In this document: positions 55,634-64,000 of the stretch, piece after piece | How the letters are laid out: the number at the start of each line of letters is the position of its first letter | How positions within the stretch are numbered: the stretch's first letter is position 1 | From: an uncultured Bacteroidales bacterium | Lineage (GTDB): Bacteria > Bacteroidota > Bacteroidia > Bacteroidales > VadinHA17 | Length of the DNA stretch: 64,000 nt | Direction: 5' to 3' | Assembly (NCBI GenBank): GCA_963813405.1 | Contig: CAWEYU010000007.1 | Span: 4,310-68,309, forward strand | Translations under genes and position numbers: made by a program | The notes under the pieces: model-generated | Told to the model about the DNA's origin: nothing | The model's input: the letters and a program-made list of their open reading frames with translations, nothing else | Databases searched by the model: none

Positions 55634-56680
55634 TTATTTTTCTATCAATGGCAATAATCTTGTAGAAGAAAGATCCAACATAGCCGATCCCCAGGAAAGT
55701 CCTGCCCCGAATCCTGATATAATTACACTTTTCCTGATCCTTTGAGTTGTTTCTGTAATAATGGTAAGTGGAATAGATGCTGAACTTGTATTACCAAATC
55801 TGTCAATAGAATAAGGCACCTTTTTTATATCGAATTTAAGCCTTTTAATAAAGTAATCGGTCATAAATTTATTAGCCTGATGGAATACGATCAAATCCAA
55901 CTCGCTCAAATCTTTCCCGGCAAAGGAGAGAAGATTTTTAATATCCTTAGGAACACTCATAATGGCAAAATTAAAAACTTCCATCCCATCCATATATAAC
56001 TGGTTAGGAGACCTGAAATTTCCATCTTCAACTTCAACCTCCGCAAGGTTTTCCGGGGTAGTTCTGGTCCGTGCTCCACCTGCATCTATTTTCAGCACAT
56101 TTACACCTGATCCGTCTGAATTAAGTGAAAAAAATGAGTCGCCAAAATCTCCTTTTTCAACCAGAGTCGCAGTACCTGCATCACCATAGAGTGGGGCATT
56201 AGCTTTATCCTTCAACGAGATAAGTTTCGAAAATGTTTCCCCATCCAGAAGGAGCACCCTCTTTATCCCTTCCTGAGATGCATAAGCATATGCAGTTGAT
56301 AAAGCATAAATATATCCTGAACATGATAGATTTATATCGAATGAAGCTGTAGTCTTTGGTAATCTCAACCGGTGCTGAAGACTTGGTGCCGTTGCGGGGA
56401 TTTTATAATCACCATCCTGGGTCATAAATATTAAAATATCGATAGAATCCCGGGGAATATTTAATGAGTCCAATAGTTCATTTGCTGCAGCATAACACAA
56501 ATCTGAAGCGCATACACCTGCAGGAGTTATTCTTTTTTCCCTGATCCCGATTGTATTAATCAGATTTTCCAATTCATCTTTTGGGATCAGATAAGATAGC
56601 TCCGAATTATAATGAATATCTTTAGGAACACATGCTGCTAATGAAGTGATCCCAATGTTATTAAATTTTATTAAAGCCAT
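55634..56680 (-). CDS. 3-oxoacyl-ACP synthase III (FabH-like KAS III)
   Basis: Cys-His-Asn triad contexts LSCSGYIYAL, FHQANKFM, GNTSSASIP. Confidence 0.85.
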   Translation of the reverse strand: MALIKFNNIGITSLAACVPKDIHYNSELSYLIPKDELENLINTIGIREKRITPAGVCASDLCYAAANELLDSLNIPRDSIDILIFMTQDGDYKIPATAPSLQHRLRLPKTTASFDINLSCSGYIYALSTAYAYASQEGIKRVLLLDGETFSKLISLKDKANAPLYGDAGTATLVEKGDFGDSFFSLNSDGSGVNVLKIDAGGARTRTTPENLAEVEVEDGNFRSPNQLYMDGMEVFNFAIMSVPKDIKNLLSFAGKDLSELDLIVFHQANKFMTDYFIKRLKFDIKKVPYSIDRFGNTSSASIPLTIITETTQRIRKSVIISGFGAGLSWGSAMLDLSSTRLLPLIEK

Positions 56681-56722
56681 AAGTTTACTATTTTTTCAAA
56701 GATACAGTGCTTTCCTGGGTTT

Positions 56723-57321
56723 CTAAAACAAATGATTCCCCATGACCAGGGAATACTGTATGTCACCGGGCATTATTTCATAAATATGCAAGATGCTTTG
56801 CCTGAGTTCTTCCCTGTTTCCATCAGGCTGTGTGACTTTTGATTTTATTCCCTTTAATAATGTATCTCCTGTAAACATTATTTTTTCAAGTGCACACATA
56901 TGCTGCACCTGGAATGACCAGGAGAATGATAAAACGAGATAAGATTGTCATTCCATCTGATGAAATGATCCTCAATATCTTCTATACAAATATCAGCTTG
57001 CGGTGCGACAATCGGCCCTAAGTCGGCAAAGTAGGACAAATTTTTAATTGGATCTTGAATTTTTTCAGAACACAATCTTGATGAGACAATCTTCGCATTC
57101 AAGCTTTTAACTAGAGGACCCACACCAGAAATGTGATCAAAGTGGCTGTGCGTCAGTATAATATAATCAAGATCTATTTTTGCTTTGCCAATGAATTCCA
57201 GAATATTGCCAATATTTCTGCTTCCCGGGTCTACAACAAAAGATTTACGGCTTAATTGATCCTGAACTATATAGCAATTAGAATTATTTATATCATTAAT
57301 TAACCGATTAACTTTTATCAT
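56723..57321 (-). pseudogene. MBL-fold metallo-hydrolase, interrupted by a frameshift near 56895-56912
   Basis: N-terminal ORF has THSHFDHISG and ends ...SPGHSRCSICVHLKK*. The overlapping ORF in another frame continues HMCALEKIMFTGDTLLKG, the expected '...C.L.E..LFTGDTL' continuation. Confidence 0.75.
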
Positions 57322-58927
57322 TATTTATCAGCAAGCTTATCCCTATAGAATTTTTCCAGTTCCTTTCTGAGAATCTTTTTTGTCGGACCTTTTGGTATTT
57401 CCTTCAATCCGGGGAGCTCATTTATGAAAAAGACTTTTGAAGGGATTTTAAAAACTGCAATTTTATCCTCACAGAATTTCCTGATCTCTTCACTAGTAAT
57501 TGACATATTCTCTTTTCCCTCGATAAATATAGCTACATCCTGACCCCATATAGGATGATCAATACCAATTGCAGCACAATCTTTAACCGCAGGATGCATA
57601 TAAACTACATTTTCGATCTCACGTGGATAGAGGTTCTCTCCTCCTTTTATTATTAGATCATCTTTCCGTCCGCTGATATAATAAAATCCATCGCTATCTC
57701 TATGGCCAAAATCGCCACTATGAAACCATCCTCCCCTGAAAGCAATTTTGTCTCTTTCTGGCAGATTACAATATTCAAGAAATACATTAAATCCTCTGAT
57801 GCAAATCTCACCTACTGAATCATCAGGTAATATATTTCCATCATCATCCATAATTGCCATTTCATTTACAGGTAATTCTTTACCAATTGAACCAATCTTG
57901 CGTCAGAAGTTATTAAAGGATTAAAACATGAAAAAGATGTTGTTTCAGTAAGTCCGTAACCTTCAAAAACAGGTACATTGTATATCTGTTCAAATTGAAG
58001 TTGAACACTTTGTGGTAATAAGGCGCCGCCACAGATGATTCCCTGCATATGATGATCCGTTCTCTTCCGTTTGAAAGAAGGAGGACGATAAATCGTAGGT
58101 ATAACGCTGCTCCAGTTAGCTTTGTATTTGTTAACAAGATCCCAGAAAGCAATCAGGCTTACATTTCCTTTGATCATAATAGTGCTTCCCCCACCCCACA
58201 ATGGGGCAAGAAACGTAACAATTTGTCCATTATTATGAAAAAGAGGTAGTATGCATAAAGTTCTCGTGTCGCTATTGAAAGCAAACCATTCAGCAATTGC
58301 CTGGGCATCTGCAAGCAGATTTGCATGTGTAAGAGTCACTCCTTTGGGATTTCCGCTTGTCCCTGATGTATATATTATAACCGACTTATCATCAAGATCA
58401 ATATTATCATCCTTTATGATCTCACAAGGTTTGTCATCTATTGTTTGGTACAGATTAAAATATTTTGGATCAGCTTTGCCTTCACTAAAAATAATTATTT
58501 CCCTTATACCGGGAATTTCGGGAAGTATCTCTTCGACTTTTATGATATATCTCTCGTCAGTAAAAAGGATTTTGCTTTTACTGTCATTAACAATATAGGA
58601 GATCTCCCTAGGTACAAGGTTGTAATTTATCGGGCATACAATTATTCCTGAAGAGAGTGCTGCAAAATACAATACCAGGAAATCAGCTGAATTTGGAAGA
58701 ATAAGGTTTATAGAATCTCCCTTTCTTAGTCCTGTTTCCTTAAGATAATTCCTGACTTTAATTACTCTGTTAACAAACTGTCTATAAGTATAAACTTCAT
58801 GTTCGGATTTCTGCAGACTTAAAACGAACTCTTTATCCGGGTTTGCTAAATATTTATCAAATAATAATGAATAGACAGAAGAATATTTAAATATGAGATC
58901 TCTGTCAATTTTCTGATAATCCTTCAT
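57321..58927 (-). pseudogene. AMP-dependent (adenylate-forming) acyl ligase, interrupted by a frameshift near 57895-57905
   Basis: N-terminal ORF has YTSGTSGNPKGV and GYGLTETT. After ...NPLITSD the shifted frame reads KIGSIGKELPVNEMAIMDDDGN, continuing into GWFHSGDFG...GRKDDLIIKGGENLYPREIE. The stop shares one nucleotide with the MBL ATG. Confidence 0.8.
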
Positions 58928-58932
58928 CACTG

Positions 58933-59160
58933 TTAAAATTTCTTTAATACTGAATCAATCTTCTTAATACTCGTCATTGTAATGATATCTTCAAACTCAA
59001 ATTCCAGTCCCAGCTCTTCTTCGAGTTCAGCTATTAGTTGTACCTGTTTTAAGGAGTCCCATTCTGCAATATTGTTCATCTCCATATCATCAGTTACAGA
59101 ACTGACCCCTATTACCTTTTTAAATATTTTTTCAAAATCTTCTTTATACTTGTTTGTCAT
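58933..59160 (-). CDS. Acyl carrier protein
   Basis: 75 aa and acidic. Phosphopantetheine-site context EWDSLKQVQLI. Confidence 0.8.
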   Translation of the reverse strand: MTNKYKEDFEKIFKKVIGVSSVTDDMEMNNIAEWDSLKQVQLIAELEEELGLEFEFEDIITMTSIKKIDSVLKKF

Positions 59161-59171
59161 AACCTGAAAAT

Positions 59172-60092
59172 TTATAAATTATTAATTATGTTTTTTGCAG
59201 CATATTCTGCCATCTCTTTTCTACACTCAACTGTGGCAGTACCAATGTGAGGTGTTAAAAGAACATTATCAAACGTAAGAATTTCGTTCCTGATAGGTAT
59301 CGGTTCAGGTGCGAATACATCCAATGCTGCTCCGGCAATTCCTTTTTGTTTTAATGTTTCCAGCAAATCGGAAGACTTTACAACACCCCCTCTTGCCATA
59401 TTTACGAGTATGGCTTCTTTTCGCATCAATCGAAACTTTCTCATATCAAAAAAATCCTTTGTATCCTCAGTTAATGGCAAATGCAGGGAAATAACATCCG
59501 ATTTTGTTAATAATTCGTCAATTCCGGTATATACAGAAATATTATCTGATATGTTTTCAACCGGATCGTAGAAGAGAATATCCATCCCAAAGCCGCTAAG
59601 CCTTTTTGCGACTGCTTTTCCAATATTTCCGTATCCGACAATACCCCAAACAAGTGAGCTGAAATTTCTTCCGACAAAAATCTCTGGATCCCAGGCTTTC
59701 CAAAGTCCTTCTCTTACAAACATGTCAGCCTCTTTAACTTTTCTAAGCAATGCAAAAGCTAATGAAACGGTTAGATCTGCTGTTGGTCCTGTAACTACAC
59801 CAGGGGTATTGAACACTTTTATTCCGAATTCATCAGCAGATACAACATCAATATTATCCAAACCGACGGCCATATTTGAAATAATTTTCAGGCGTTTTTT
59901 TGATCTTAATATCAGCGATCTGTCGACCTTTTCTGAAACACAGGTAAGGATGGCATCGAACTTATCAATATTATCAGTCAGATATTTTGGATCAAGTGGT
60001 TCATTAATATCGAATGAAGTTACCTCTAAACACGCCTTTTCAAGCAGTATTTTAGCTGAAGGGTTGATTTTACGTGTAATTAGGATCCTCAT
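59172..60092 (-). CDS. D-isomer-specific 2-hydroxyacid dehydrogenase (NAD-binding)
   Basis: GIVGYGNIGKAVAKRL Rossmann motif, NMARGGVV, LTPHIGTAT. Confidence 0.85.
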   Translation of the reverse strand: MRILITRKINPSAKILLEKACLEVTSFDINEPLDPKYLTDNIDKFDAILTCVSEKVDRSLILRSKKRLKIISNMAVGLDNIDVVSADEFGIKVFNTPGVVTGPTADLTVSLAFALLRKVKEADMFVREGLWKAWDPEIFVGRNFSSLVWGIVGYGNIGKAVAKRLSGFGMDILFYDPVENISDNISVYTGIDELLTKSDVISLHLPLTEDTKDFFDMRKFRLMRKEAILVNMARGGVVKSSDLLETLKQKGIAGAALDVFAPEPIPIRNEILTFDNVLLTPHIGTATVECRKEMAEYAAKNIINNL

Positions 60093-61330
60093 TTTTTCAA
60101 GAATTTTCCAACTTTCATAAGACCCTCTTCTATAAGGTGGTGTTCATAAACCAAAGGGCCGTATGATAATCTTACCGATTTTGCGACTGTCTTGCCAAAT
60201 CCCCAGCCAGGTACAAACAGGACACCAGTACCCTTTAATACATCTTCTACGAATGTTGCACTGTTCTTATTAACGTTTATGCAGGTATATAATCCCCCAT
60301 CAGGCTCAAGGCAAGGCAATCCCATGTATTTTTTAATTGCATTAATTGTTACTTCTGCAGTTTCCCGATACAGAGCTCTTATTTCATTAACATAGCTGAC
60401 AAGGGAATTATCATCTACAACGCTGTTAATGTATTCTGTAAGGGCCATTTGATGAAGTCTGTCGGGTGAAAGAATTGTAGAGTTCTGAAGAGATTCGAAA
60501 GCATCAATCACATATTTCGGTGCCTCAATCCATCCAAGACGTCTTCCAAGACCTCTGCACCATTTTGAGTTAGAACGAATTGAGATAAAATTCTCATCCT
60601 GGCCAAGCGAGAAATATTCAGGATATTCTCCAAAATAAATCTCTTTATACGCAAAATCCATTACAATAACTCCTCCGTACTCCTTTACGGCATCATGAGC
60701 TGCTTTAATAAAGTCGTCTGAGAGTATCTTGGATGTTGGATTATCCGGAGAAATCAGCATGACAACTTTTGGTCTGTTTTTCAGAAGATATGCTTTGAAA
60801 TTTACAATTGTATCTTTTTTGTTTGCGATGTATTCAAAATTCTTTTCATCTATTACAGGAAATCTCAGTACATGAGATCCTGTAGATACTTTAATTTGTA
60901 ACGGATAATTGCAATAAGAAGGATCAAGCATGCAAATCTGATCACCCGCGTCAAGTAAGACGCTGAGTAGTAAACTTGTAAGATGTGATGAACTCTGACC
61001 AATAACAATATTATCAGATGTGAGGCTCGTTGTGCCATAAATAGTATTTTCAAACTTTACCAAAGCATCTTTTGTACTTTTTTCTCCATTCGTAGGAGAA
61101 TATCCCCCGCTATGATGAAATTTTATTTCATCATCAACAATCCCCTTGTAAGCTTCAGCCAGTTTTTTTGGAGACCTATGGTTTACCCAACCACCTCCAA
61201 AAGAGATAAGTTTATCAGGGTCTATTCCGTATTTTCTAAGATTTGCCGGGTCAGCAAAATTCATTATTTCTCTTACCGGAGATACTTTCCTGAAAAGATC
61301 AGTAGCTATTTGAGAAATTTTAACATCCAT
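60089..61330 (-). CDS. Class I/II PLP-dependent aminotransferase
   Basis: ISPDNPT, MDFAY, RSNSKWCRGLGRRLGW (Lys in SNSK). 4-nt overlap with the downstream dehydrogenase. Confidence 0.8.
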   Translation of the reverse strand: MDVKISQIATDLFRKVSPVREIMNFADPANLRKYGIDPDKLISFGGGWVNHRSPKKLAEAYKGIVDDEIKFHHSGGYSPTNGEKSTKDALVKFENTIYGTTSLTSDNIVIGQSSSHLTSLLLSVLLDAGDQICMLDPSYCNYPLQIKVSTGSHVLRFPVIDEKNFEYIANKKDTIVNFKAYLLKNRPKVVMLISPDNPTSKILSDDFIKAAHDAVKEYGGVIVMDFAYKEIYFGEYPEYFSLGQDENFISIRSNSKWCRGLGRRLGWIEAPKYVIDAFESLQNSTILSPDRLHQMALTEYINSVVDDNSLVSYVNEIRALYRETAEVTINAIKKYMGLPCLEPDGGLYTCINVNKNSATFVEDVLKGTGVLFVPGWGFGKTVAKSVRLSYGPLVYEHHLIEEGLMKVGKFLKK

Positions 61331-61347
61331 AATAATAAAATTTAGTT

Positions 61348-62109
61348 TTAGTGGGCACTATAACCACCATCAACAAAAAAATTAATTCCTGTAATCCATC
61401 GGCTTGCATCAGAAAGTAAAAATATGCACGCATTGGCTATGTCGGTGGGCTTTCCCAGTCCAAGCGGATGCATTTTCAATATTGAATTTCTAGATTCTTC
61501 TGAAATAGTAAGGAAAAGTTGCTTAGACATCTCAGTTTCAATAACTCCGGGCAATATACAATTTATCCTGATCTTTTTTGCAGCCAGTTCCAATGCCATG
61601 GCTTTTCCGGCAGATAGCAGAGCACCTTTACTGCTGCAATATGCTACATTGCCTATATCACCCAAAGCACCCATTACTGAAGAAATTAAGATATAACTTG
61701 CTCCCCCGTCAGAGAGATATTTAATCTTCGACAGTATTCTCACTATTTCAAAACTGGCAATTGCATTAACAGCTATTACTTTTTCATAATTTTCGGCTTT
61801 CAGAATTTTTAATGGCCTGCTCATTTCTATTCCTGCCGAATGGATAAAACCATTTATCGGACCAGTTTTTTCAACAGATTCTTTAATAATAGGCTCTAAT
61901 TTTTCATATTCTGTGATATCCTGTGCGTAGAAAATATGACCTGTCCCTTCCAATTGATTTAACGTGTCCTGAAGTTTATCCGGCTCCAATCCGATTAAAA
62001 TTAGACGGGCTCCCATTTTAGAACAACTTATCGCACATTGGCGGCCAATACCAGAAGAAGCACCAGTAATCAGAACTACTTTATCTTTTAAATTGAATAA
62101 TTCATCCAT
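61348..62109 (-). CDS. SDR-family oxidoreductase (FabG-like)
   Basis: ITGASSGIGRQC, YCSSKGAL, RWITGINFFVDGGYSA. Confidence 0.85.
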   Translation of the reverse strand: MDELFNLKDKVVLITGASSGIGRQCAISCSKMGARLILIGLEPDKLQDTLNQLEGTGHIFYAQDITEYEKLEPIIKESVEKTGPINGFIHSAGIEMSRPLKILKAENYEKVIAVNAIASFEIVRILSKIKYLSDGGASYILISSVMGALGDIGNVAYCSSKGALLSAGKAMALELAAKKIRINCILPGVIETEMSKQLFLTISEESRNSILKMHPLGLGKPTDIANACIFLLSDASRWITGINFFVDGGYSAH

Positions 62110-62111
62110 TT

Positions 62112-62333
62112 TTATTTATGTTTTTGGAGATAATCATACAATTCATTTACTGTCAGTATCTTTTCAAAATCTACCCGTGGTATTGTCAGTCCGTACTCTT
62201 CGTGAATCATAGCGCTAAGTCCTAAAAGTGTTAGAGAATCCCAACCTTCATAATCCCGGAAAACATCATCCATTTTAATCTCATCTCTGTTTTTCTCAAA
62301 AACTTCTTCTATTACGCTGTAAAACCTTTCCAT
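62112..62333 (-). CDS. Acyl carrier protein (second copy)
   Basis: About 73 aa. GWDSLTLLGLSAMI Ser-site context. ATG 62333 preferred over TTG 62342. Confidence 0.75.
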   Translation of the reverse strand: MERFYSVIEEVFEKNRDEIKMDDVFRDYEGWDSLTLLGLSAMIHEEYGLTIPRVDFEKILTVNELYDYLQKHK

Positions 62334-62390
62334 AAAAACCAATATTTAAAACATTAAAAATTCAAGTATAAGAATTATTTGTTTAATATC

Positions 62391-63029
62391 TTAGTTAATA
62401 ATCCAACGAATAACCTCGAATGATTCAGCATAATCAGCTCCAATTTGTACACCCCGTGCCTTAGCCAGCGAAAAAATAAACTCTTCCGACATATAATCTC
62501 TTATTCCTTGCGATTTGTATTCTTTAAGTGCATCGGCTTTCTTCTGAATATGCTTTTTCGTCAATGACACAAATGACGTTGTATTAAATTTTAAATTGTT
62601 CCATATTAATTCATACCCAAGAATTGTCTTAGTCTTAAATGCTCTGAGTCCCTCGTTTGCAACGGTTGAATGATCCTGATGTATATCGTTAAAACAAGGC
62701 ATCAGAATCAAATCAGGATTAATATCTTTCCTGATCTGTACTAGGTCGTCCAATATTTCCTGCCTGACAAAATTAAGTTTTCGCACCTGATAATCAAAAA
62801 CAATAAGATTTTCATTTCGCACACCCAGTTTTTCAGTTGCTCTTCGTACTTCGGTTTTTAAGACATCTTTTGGCCAACCTTCAGGTACAGATTCTTCCGC
62901 AGTCGAGAAAGCAGCATAGTATACAATAGCTCCGGTTTCGACAAAATAATTAATTGTACCACCAGCACCCAGCTCGCCGTCATCAGTATGAGGAGCTAAA
63001 ACCAGTATTCTTTTTTGTTTAGTAACCAT
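62391..63029 (-). CDS. PIG-L/LmbE-family de-N-acetylase
   Basis: ILVLAPHTDDGELGAGGT and NDIHQDH metal-binding motifs. Confidence 0.85.
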   Translation of the reverse strand: MVTKQKRILVLAPHTDDGELGAGGTINYFVETGAIVYYAAFSTAEESVPEGWPKDVLKTEVRRATEKLGVRNENLIVFDYQVRKLNFVRQEILDDLVQIRKDINPDLILMPCFNDIHQDHSTVANEGLRAFKTKTILGYELIWNNLKFNTTSFVSLTKKHIQKKADALKEYKSQGIRDYMSEEFIFSLAKARGVQIGADYAESFEVIRWIIN

Positions 63030-63212
63030 ATATTTTATATTTATTGATAATAGCTGGAAATTTTAATTTATTGAGGTATTTAATTCATACATCTGAATTT
63101 ATTATTCAAATAACTTCAAAATAGACAAAATGTCACACTAGAAAATAAATTTTAAACAAAATGCAGGAAAAAATTAATATTCAAAACGATACAAATTGCA
63201 TGTTATCTAATA

Positions 63213-64000
63213 CTATAATTTTTGATAAAAATCCCGGTAGTTTTTAATAGCTGAAAAATTGTTTTGATAAAATAATAAGGATGTTTCTCGTAATTTTTTG
63301 TTATTCATACAATAGACAACCGCTTCGGAGAATTCATTTTGGCTAAAATTCAAAGGAAACAGGATGCCTGTTTCCTTTGTCACAATTTCTTTGTTTCCGC
63401 CGGTATCTGTGGCAATTAGGGGTACGCCAGCACTTATGGCCATCATTAAAGTAACCGGCAACCCTTCAGATAAACTAAAATTTATGAAAGCATCAAATTC
63501 GTTTTCTTCCAGTAATTCAACAATTTCAGATATCATTTTAACTCCCGGTAGACTAACAGTCAGATTATGTAATGTACTCCTAGTTGCAATGTCATTTAAC
63601 TGTGTCATCTCACTACCGTTTCCAATATGTACCCAGCTAACTTTCAGATTAGGATTCTTTTCACAGAATTGTTTGATAGAAGTATAAATAAGACTTACTC
63701 TTTTAACAGGTATCACATTAGAGCATGAAATAAGTGATAAATCCACAGTCTTATTCTTTTTTTCAGAGAATTTAAGCGGGAGAACTCCCAATCTGCCGAG
63801 TTCAATTTTTGATGAAAAATCGGGATACTTTTCAGTGAGAAATTTAACACCGTCAATAGAACCTGAAAAAACCTTTTCAAGACACTCCAGCATTTTCTCA
63901 CGATATGGCATAAATATTCCAACTTCTTCAGCGTATAAATCGTATCTATGAGCCCTGGAATAAAATTTGCAGGTTTTAAAATGACTGTTCTTTTCTTTGG
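63213..64000 (-). CDS. Glycosyltransferase family 1 (GT-B, GT4-type), partial; N-terminus beyond the window end
   Basis: C-terminal half with SLSEGLPVTLMMAISAGVPLIATDTGGNKEIV (E-x7-E-like region). The frame stays open upstream of the track ATG (63911) to position 64000 (...KFYSRAHRYDLYAEEVGIFMPYR). Confidence 0.75.
   Translation of the reverse strand, partial: KEKNSHFKTCKFYSRAHRYDLYAEEVGIFMPYREKMLECLEKVFSGSIDGVKFLTEKYPDFSSKIELGRLGVLPLKFSEKKNKTVDLSLISCSNVIPVKRVSLIYTSIKQFCEKNPNLKVSWVHIGNGSEMTQLNDIATRSTLHNLTVSLPGVKMISEIVELLEENEFDAFINFSLSEGLPVTLMMAISAGVPLIATDTGGNKEIVTKETGILFPLNFSQNEFSEAVVYCMNNKKLRETSLLFYQNNFSAIKNYRDFYQKL

Noticed and set aside
1-64000. Prophage, transposon or integrative element.
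   Set aside because: No integrase, transposase, recombinase, phage structural or conjugation genes are recognisable in any frame. Mobility is suggested only by the short repeat/MITE-like elements and by compositional heterogeneity.

Overview
AT-rich chromosomal window, roughly 35-40% GC by eye. It carries Bacteroidota hallmarks: DUF349, DUF4293, a PD40/OmpA protein, TAnnTTTG-type -7 boxes and a CFB-style GG-leader peptide. It has three parts.

(i) 1.9-11.4 kb holds a C39-peptidase ABC exporter plus HlyD adaptor, transcribed divergently from a sigma-70/ECF-like factor. Next to them are a convergent, probably extracytoplasmic TPR-CHAT (caspase-like) protein and an unannotated 43-aa double-glycine-leader peptide gene (9398-9529, below the ORF-track cutoff). 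A single-pass TM-TPR anti-sigma-like protein and a sensorless histidine kinase complete the set. This is my top candidate for an undescribed exported-peptide signalling or conflict module.

(ii) 11.5-30.2 kb is ordinary housekeeping: OmpA/PD40, queE, 5'-nucleotidase, S9 peptidase, NamZ/DUF1343, GroES-like, YigZ, pyrBI, an RND efflux operon and a nucleoside phosphorylase.

(iii) 30.3-64 kb is a surface-glycan locus of more than 33 kb, almost entirely on the minus strand. An 880-bp hairpin-dense spacer splits it into two sub-clusters. It contains Wzx and Wzy-like proteins, two different initiating phosphoglycosyl transferases, and two GtrB-like/GT-C-like pairs. It also contains an ACP/KASIII/SDR/adenylate-ligase/aminotransferase/LpxD-like cassette that probably builds an unusual N-acyl amino sugar. 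Oddities in this locus:
- three frameshifted genes
- a diverged in-frame tandem duplication inside a GT2 gene
- a relic of a GT2 C-terminus
- an intergenic 8-bp x10 microsatellite
- several families of GC-rich or heptamer-periodic hairpins

I saw no rRNA, tRNA, CRISPR, transposase or integrase. All family assignments come from motif recognition by eye; no searches were run.
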